Below, in pieces: positions 13,947 through 18,902 of a stretch of 18,902 bases of DNA. Numbering within the stretch: position 1 is the first letter of the stretch; every line of letters starts with the position of its first letter. Origin of the DNA: a virus; the IMG/VR virus record IMGVR_UViG_3300029822_000436, positions 1 to 18,902 of that record. One strand, given 5' to 3'. The notes under the pieces are model-generated. The model worked only from the letters and a program-made list of their open reading frames with translations. It was not told the DNA's origin and searched no databases. Position numbers and translations under genes: made by a program.

Positions 13947-15644
13947 ATGGATGTTATTAATAATTTAAGAATAAGACAAAAAGTGGGTGATAAATACAAT
14001 GTATTATTACCCGAAACTTCTTTGCAACAAGTACAAGACTTAACAACAGGGAAAAGACTATCAGAAATCATTGGAACACTTGACAACCTAAACACGTTCG
14101 AAAAAGAATCAATTGTTAAAGCTATTAATGAAACATTGATTGAAGTAGAAAATGTTTCGAATAAAGTGGGGAATCTTGATGAGCTGAATACGATTATAAA
14201 ATCGAATACAGTTGTCGCCATCAATGAAATTATCAACCGTCTCGAAAACTTAGGAGAATCAGATTACTCAAAAGTCACAAAAGGTGAGTTTGCTATCAAC
14301 GTAAAAGATTACGGTGCAAAGGGTGACGGTGTAACAGTTGATACACAGGCATTCAAAGATGCAATAGCGGTAGCCAAAACAAAAGGGAAAATGTTATACA
14401 TCCCAACAGGGGTTTATTGGACAGACAGTTTGACCATTCCAAGTGGTATGACAATTCAAGGTGACGGTATCACTAAAACAATTTTAAAACTTGTTGCAAA
14501 TTCAACAGACGCATTACTTGTTATTACAGAACAAAATGATGTGACATTACGAGGGTTTACCGTTGACGGAAATTCTCAAAATCATGTTGCGGGTTCAACT
14601 ATCATTTTTTGGAAATCAAGACGCAATATGGTCGATAATATCAAGGTGGTCAATTCAGCAACAATTGGTTTGAACATGTCAAACGTTACGGATAGTAGAA
14701 TCCAAAATTCACATTTTGATGGGACAACGGAAAACTGCGTAGTCTCATTCAGCAATGACAATCAAGAATATTCAATTGGGAATAATACCGTTGTAAATAA
14801 TATCATGGAAAACGGTGCATTGGATGGTATCATTTATAACACAATCGGTGGAATCATTACAGACAACGTTTTCTTAAACAATGGTAAACGTCAAGGATGG
14901 ACGGCGGGTGGTGTGTATGCCAATAACAAATACTATCTAACGATTGCGAACAATTTAATCATTGGAAACAACGGAAACGGGGTTGACTTGATTGATTGCG
15001 GTAATTCGATTGTAACAGGTAACTCATGTCGTGATAATAATTCGGCGGGTATCATGTTTGCAAACTGTAAAAATAGTAATATCGAAAATAACGTATGTGT
15101 AAACAACGGCGTTCAACCTGCCGTTGACCAAGATGATGGAATTACAATCTTAGGCGGTTCACAACTTATTATTTCCGGGAATCGTTGTTTTGACGGTAAG
15201 ACAGTACGAACTCAAACACACGGTATTCACTTACTAGATAATGCTAATAACATCATCATTGCAAATAATTTATGCACGGATAACAAAGAAAATGATGGCA
15301 TCAAACTGGAATCAACGACAAGCGATATTTTACGCAGTGCGAATAAACCGATGCCGTCAGACCTACCAAGTGAAATGAATATCCTGTTCAATTTAACAGA
15401 AGGACAATCCAAAACACTGATTGGAAATAAACGAATTTCAATCATCGAATTGGTTGACAAAAGTTTGAGGGCATATGCAAAAATATTTGTTCGTGGAACT
15501 GACAACACATTCACGGTGTTAGAAAGTCCGGTGTCAGGAATGGAAACAGAAAACACATTTAGTTTCGTTGGTGATAACTTTACTATAACAAATAATCGTG
15601 CGGGGACTGCGTACTATTCCTATCGCATAACATATGTGGATTAG
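13947..15644 (+). CDS. gp12: Pre-neck appendage / tailspike with pectin-lyase-fold right-handed beta-helix (gp12-like, shorter)
   Basis: INVKDYGAKGDGVTVDTQAFKDAI.....LYIP.G.Y is the classic N-cap of Pectate_lyase_3-type beta-helix proteins. Repetitive N.G/NN.. rungs follow (IANNLIIGNNGNGVDL, VTGNSCRDNNSAGI, IENNVCVNNG, ISGNRCFDG, IANNLCTDN). The N-terminus again has xIVKAINE and xVVAINEI motifs. It is 565 vs 854 aa in phi29, and no C-terminal autochaperone is recognisable. Confidence 0.75.
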   Translation: MDVINNLRIRQKVGDKYNVLLPETSLQQVQDLTTGKRLSEIIGTLDNLNTFEKESIVKAINETLIEVENVSNKVGNLDELNTIIKSNTVVAINEIINRLENLGESDYSKVTKGEFAINVKDYGAKGDGVTVDTQAFKDAIAVAKTKGKMLYIPTGVYWTDSLTIPSGMTIQGDGITKTILKLVANSTDALLVITEQNDVTLRGFTVDGNSQNHVAGSTIIFWKSRRNMVDNIKVVNSATIGLNMSNVTDSRIQNSHFDGTTENCVVSFSNDNQEYSIGNNTVVNNIMENGALDGIIYNTIGGIITDNVFLNNGKRQGWTAGGVYANNKYYLTIANNLIIGNNGNGVDLIDCGNSIVTGNSCRDNNSAGIMFANCKNSNIENNVCVNNGVQPAVDQDDGITILGGSQLIISGNRCFDGKTVRTQTHGIHLLDNANNIIIANNLCTDNKENDGIKLESTTSDILRSANKPMPSDLPSEMNILFNLTEGQSKTLIGNKRISIIELVDKSLRAYAKIFVRGTDNTFTVLESPVSGMETENTFSFVGDNFTITNNRAGTAYYSYRITYVD

Positions 15645-15654
15645 GTGATATAAA

Positions 15655-16767
15655 ATGGTAGTTGTAGCAAATAGATTTTTAACCTTAGAAGAAATGACAA
15701 TTAATGCGGAATATATTCTTTCCGCATTACTTTCAAAAGGATGGTCAAAAAATGCGGTTGCCGGTATGTTAGGTAACATGCAGACCGAAAGTACCATTAA
15801 CCCCGGAATTTGGCAAGACCTTGCAGAAGGTCGTTTGGACTTAGGGTTCGGGTTAGTACAATGGACACCCGCTAGTAAGTATACAAATTGGGCTGATTCA
15901 AAGGGGTATCAGTGGACAGATATAGAAGGACAATTGGAACGTTTACAATATGAGATAGACAACAATATCCAATGGATACCAACAGTTGATTATCCTATGT
16001 CGTTCAACGAATTTAAAACGTCAACCGAAACACCCGAATATTTGGCGCAGGTATTTTTACGAAATTATGAACGACCCAACGACCAAAATCAGCCAGACCG
16101 TAGCACACAAGCTCGTTATTGGTTTGAAAATTTAACGGGAACGGGTGGACAACCCTGTTTACAGTTGGCACAATTCCCAATGGATATGATACGCATTACA
16201 CAAGGAGAGAATGGGCAATATTCACACATGGGAATCCTCGCAATAGATTTCGTGGGTTCACACAACCAATACCCATATTATGCCCCATGTGATTGTGAAT
16301 GTGTTGCATCCTTCAATGACGTTGCAGTTTGGCGGTCAACACATGAGGTCATGTGTGCGGATGGACAGAAACGAAAAATATTTTGGTCTTGTATCCATGA
16401 AGTGCCATTGTCTCATACAGAAGGAACATTATTGATGAAAGGCGAACTCATGGGACATACAGGTGTTGGTGGTACAGCAACAGGTGACCATTTACATTTG
16501 CAAGTTATGTTGGGTGACGAATATTTGGGGTTTACACGTAACGCACAAGGGGCATCTACATTAGTAGGAACTGAACTACACATTTATGATGTGTTTTCCG
16601 TGGGTGGTGTGGATATTGTAGACGGTTACGGGTATCCGTGGAAGATTAGTGATTATGTCGATTGTAGCGAGGGTGGCGGTGGTGAGAATCCTAAGCCACC
16701 TATAAAGAGAAATAATGTAATCATAAAACTTCTATTATGTGATGCACTAAACGGTTGGAAATACTGA
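15655..16767 (+). CDS. gp13: Tail-associated peptidoglycan hydrolase (N-terminal lysozyme-like domain plus M23 metallopeptidase)
   Basis: N-terminal GWSKNAVAGMLGNMQTESTINPGIWQ...GFGLVQWTP is the phage tail lysozyme motif. The C-terminal half has M23/LytM signatures (H..G.LAIDF ... GDHLHLQV). Position and size (370 vs 365 aa) match phi29 gp13. Confidence 0.88.
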   Translation: MVVVANRFLTLEEMTINAEYILSALLSKGWSKNAVAGMLGNMQTESTINPGIWQDLAEGRLDLGFGLVQWTPASKYTNWADSKGYQWTDIEGQLERLQYEIDNNIQWIPTVDYPMSFNEFKTSTETPEYLAQVFLRNYERPNDQNQPDRSTQARYWFENLTGTGGQPCLQLAQFPMDMIRITQGENGQYSHMGILAIDFVGSHNQYPYYAPCDCECVASFNDVAVWRSTHEVMCADGQKRKIFWSCIHEVPLSHTEGTLLMKGELMGHTGVGGTATGDHLHLQVMLGDEYLGFTRNAQGASTLVGTELHIYDVFSVGGVDIVDGYGYPWKISDYVDCSEGGGGENPKPPIKRNNVIIKLLLCDALNGWKY

Positions 16768-16801
16768 ATGTTGATGTGAATAAAATTAGGAGTTGATAAA
16801 A

Positions 16802-17032
16802 ATGAAGGTAATGTTGGACAAAATGGAGGTGTATGTCCTAGTGTCACATTTAATCATTACGTTAGCAATAATTGGGGTGTACTGCTACACACTAATAACA
16901 GGGCAAGGGGACGAAACTCTTAAAACGATTTTGACTGTAATTGTCGGTTATTGGTTCGGTTCAATGGGTGTGAATGCAATTAAACCTGCTAACCAAAACA
17001 ACATTGAAACATCAAAGGAGGTTGAAAAGTAA
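16802..17032 (+). CDS. Putative holin (two predicted TM helices)
   Basis: It lies immediately upstream of, and overlapping, the endolysin start. Hydrophobic stretches are VLVSHLIITLAIIGVYCYTLI and ILTVIVGYWFGSMGV, and the C-terminus is charged. RBS AGGAG (16788-16792) favours the ATG at 16802 over the TTG at 16793. It is much shorter than phi29 gp14 (76 vs 131 aa). Confidence 0.7.
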   Translation: MKVMLDKMEVYVLVSHLIITLAIIGVYCYTLITGQGDETLKTILTVIVGYWFGSMGVNAIKPANQNNIETSKEVEK

Positions 17033-17730
17033 TGGAACTATCTGAAACAGGTTTGGCTTTTATCCAAGCACATGAAGGGTTAAGTTTAACATGGTATGAA
17101 TTGAATGATGGTGGCTTAACGGTTGGTTATGGACATTACGTTCCGCATGCAACAGCTAAAAAACAAGGAATTAAAAAAGGTGATAAAATTACCCGTGAAC
17201 AAGCCCGTGATTATTTGAAACAAGATATTAAACGGTTTGTAGATGGGACAAACAACCAATTGAAACATTACGGGTTTGACGTAAATCAAAACCAATTTGA
17301 TGCACTTGTATCATATGCTTTCAATCGGGGATTAGGTAACAGTAAAGCAACAAACGGGTTACGACAATTATTAAAGAACTCGAAAAGTGTGGCTGACATT
17401 GGAAAGAATCTACTTGTATATTGGGGTACGAATAAGCATTATAAAAACGGGTTATTGAACCGCAGAAATGCTGAAAAGAAATTGTTTGAATCAAATGTTT
17501 CACGTGAAACCATTATTAAAGAAAATGAGGTGGATGAATTGGAATTTTCAAGTCCAACACTAAAACAAATGTATAAAGACCGAATTGAATCACCGAATAC
17601 GATGCAACTATTAGATGCAAAAGCGGTTGAAGTATTAAAACACCAATCAAAACTAAAAAACGGAAAATTAACAGATGGCGACATGAATGCAATTGCGCTT
17701 GAACTCGCTGTTCACTATGCTAAACAGTAA
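17032..17730 (+). CDS. gp15: Endolysin: GH24 (T4-lysozyme-like) muramidase with an unassigned C-terminal domain
   Basis: GLAFIQAHEGLSL..Y....GGLTVGYGH fits the catalytic E...D...T arrangement of phage lysozymes, as do FDALVSYAFN.G and GLLNRR.AE. The last 75 aa show no LysM pattern. Confidence 0.9.
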   Translation: MELSETGLAFIQAHEGLSLTWYELNDGGLTVGYGHYVPHATAKKQGIKKGDKITREQARDYLKQDIKRFVDGTNNQLKHYGFDVNQNQFDALVSYAFNRGLGNSKATNGLRQLLKNSKSVADIGKNLLVYWGTNKHYKNGLLNRRNAEKKLFESNVSRETIIKENEVDELEFSSPTLKQMYKDRIESPNTMQLLDAKAVEVLKHQSKLKNGKLTDGDMNAIALELAVHYAKQ

Positions 17731-17743
17731 AGGATGATGGAAA

Positions 17744-18742
17744 ATGGAAAAGTCGTTGTATTATAACCCCAACAAAATGTTGTCTTATAATCGTATCTTA
17801 AATTTTATTATCGGTGCACGTGGTATTGGTAAATCATATGGGATGAAGGAATTTCCAATCAAACGATTTTTAAAATACGGTGAACAATTTATTTATGTAA
17901 GACGGTACAAAACCGAATTACGTAAAATCAGCAACTATTTTGATGATGTGAAATCGGCTTTTCCCGACCATACATTCAAGGTAAAAGGACGGCAGTTATT
18001 CATTGACGATAAATTGTTCGGTTGGGCAATTCCATTATCAGCATGGCAAAGTGAAAAATCCAATGCCTATCCGAATGTTACAACGATTGTATTTGATGAA
18101 TTTATTCGAGAAAAGGATAATAGCGGGTATCTCCCGAATGAAGTTTCCGCACTATTAAACTTGATGGATACTGTGTTTCGTGATAGAGATAATGTAAGAA
18201 CCGTTTGCTTATCCAATGCGGTGTCGGTGGTAAACCCCTATTTTCTGTACTTTAATATTCAACCGAATATCAATAAACGATTTAATGCTTATCAATCGTT
18301 GTTAGTAGAAATACCCAATTCAAAGGACTTTTCGGAACAACGTAGAAAGACACGTTTCGGTGAACTAATTGACGGTACTGAATACGGTGATATGTCATTA
18401 GACAATGAATTTACAAATGATAGTGAAGTGTTTATTGAAAAGCGTAGTAAGAATAGTAAGTATCAATTTAGTGTCGTGTACAATGGTATGACATTTGGTG
18501 TTTGGGTTGATACGAATTTGCGTGCGATGTATTTGTCGACAGACACAGACCCATCTAGTAAAAATGTTTATGCATTGACAGCGAGTGATTTGAATGAGAA
18601 AACGTTGTTGATGATTGGATGGAAAAATAACTATCATTTAAAGAAGTTGGTTAGCGCATTCAAGAATGGATTGTTGAGGTTTGATAATCAAGTGATTAGA
18701 ACGACAGCTTATGAGATGTTTAAAAAGATGAATATAAATTAG
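17744..18742 (+). CDS. gp16: DNA packaging ATPase
   Basis: It is 332 aa, the same length as phi29 gp16, and collinear with it throughout. Examples are MEKSLYYNPNKMLSYNRILNFIIGARGIGKSY (Walker A), TIVFDEF (Walker B), NEVSALLNLMDTVFR and LSNAVSVVNPYF. Confidence 0.97.
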   Translation: MEKSLYYNPNKMLSYNRILNFIIGARGIGKSYGMKEFPIKRFLKYGEQFIYVRRYKTELRKISNYFDDVKSAFPDHTFKVKGRQLFIDDKLFGWAIPLSAWQSEKSNAYPNVTTIVFDEFIREKDNSGYLPNEVSALLNLMDTVFRDRDNVRTVCLSNAVSVVNPYFLYFNIQPNINKRFNAYQSLLVEIPNSKDFSEQRRKTRFGELIDGTEYGDMSLDNEFTNDSEVFIEKRSKNSKYQFSVVYNGMTFGVWVDTNLRAMYLSTDTDPSSKNVYALTASDLNEKTLLMIGWKNNYHLKKLVSAFKNGLLRFDNQVIRTTAYEMFKKMNIN

Positions 18743-18766
18743 TCTCTCTTTTGAGAGACTTTTTTG
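18741..18766 (+). terminator. Rho-independent terminator of the late operon
   Basis: Stem AGTCTCTC/GAGAGACT (18741-18748 and 18753-18760), loop TTTT, then TTTTTGTT. It overlaps the gp16 stop codon. Confidence 0.85.
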
Positions 18767-18813
18767 TTGTTATTTGTGTGTAACATTATTGCTTGAATAA
18801 TGCAAGGATAAAT

Positions 18814-18902
18814 TGCACGAAAGTTTGTGTGGAAATGTGCTTGACAAATGGTTAAATATTGTGTTTGGGGAAATGAGGGGAAATGTGCGTGGTATATATT
18901 AC
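18814..18902. repeat. Right inverted terminal repeat (ITR-R) and origin of protein-primed replication
   Basis: Mirror image of 1-89. 18840-18902 is a perfect reverse complement of 1-63. Confidence 0.95.

Noticed and set aside
10924-18637. Remaining antisense ORFs in the fibre, spike, lysin and ATPase genes (10924-11238, 11048-11245, 11440-11658, 13416-13625, 13835-14236, 15227-15556, 15534-15797, 16653-16847, 17321-17503, 17439-17684, 18398-18637)
   Set aside because: The reasoning is the same: each is embedded antisense in well-supported genes with no expression signals. The genome appears to be transcribed from one strand only.
18784-18802. AT-rich hairpin CATTATT-GCTTG-AATAATG just inside the right ITR boundary
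   Set aside because: The 7-bp A/T stem has low stability and no counterpart at the left end. No function can be supported.
18841-18846. Consensus TTGACA inside the ITR facing outward, with the same hexamer on the - strand at 57-62
   Set aside because: It points toward the genome end with about 56 nt remaining and has no matching -10 at 17-nt spacing. It is more likely part of origin or ITR sequence than a promoter.
1-18902. Search for tRNA genes, CRISPR repeats, integrase/repressor, transposase or a known defence/anti-defence cassette
   Set aside because: I found no cloverleaf-like candidates, no regularly spaced direct repeats and no recombinase-like ORFs. All large ORFs are accounted for by the phi29-type replication, structural, lysis and packaging genes.

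Overview
The window appears to be a complete linear genome (18,902 bp) of a phi29-like, protein-primed podovirus (Salasmaviridae/Picovirinae type, probably a Bacillus host). It is bounded by about 89-101 bp inverted terminal repeats. I recognise almost the whole phi29 gene set from recalled phi29 protein sequences. The early genes are p6-like dsDNA-binding protein, p5-like SSB, p4 transcription regulator, terminal protein and B-family DNA polymerase. A structured RNA follows that is clearly homologous to the phi29 packaging RNA (pRNA). The late genes are scaffold p7, capsid p8, tail knob p9, connector p10, lower collar p11, an expanded three-gene receptor-binding module, tail lysin p13, holin, GH24 endolysin and packaging ATPase p16. 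There are no tRNAs, CRISPR arrays, integrase or repressor, so this looks strictly lytic. Several things depart from the phi29 paradigm. (1) Every gene is on the + strand. The early 6-5-4-3-2-pRNA module is co-directional with the late operon instead of divergent, and the right-hand early operon (17/16.7) and the head-fibre gene 8.5 are absent. (2) The pRNA gene therefore sits mid-genome between the early and late operons, with its own consensus promoter and terminator. (3) The p4 control circuit seems split into two distant AAC-N5-N15-N5-GTT sites. One overlaps the early promoters near 389-419. The other is centred about 82 bp upstream of a -35-less late promoter near 4901-4931. (4) The terminal-protein priming position aligns to Tyr-Thr rather than Ser. 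(5) Gene 12 is replaced by three fibre/spike genes, one carrying an apparently intact CE4 (NodB) polysaccharide deacetylase domain. (6) A 16-bp sequence containing a perfect 14-bp palindrome occurs exactly twice. (7) Several tiny unannotated ORFs (a zinc ribbon, a TM peptide, and two ORFs of 58-59 aa) occupy positions where phi29 carries host-takeover genes. All homology statements rest on my memory of phi29 sequences, not on a database search.
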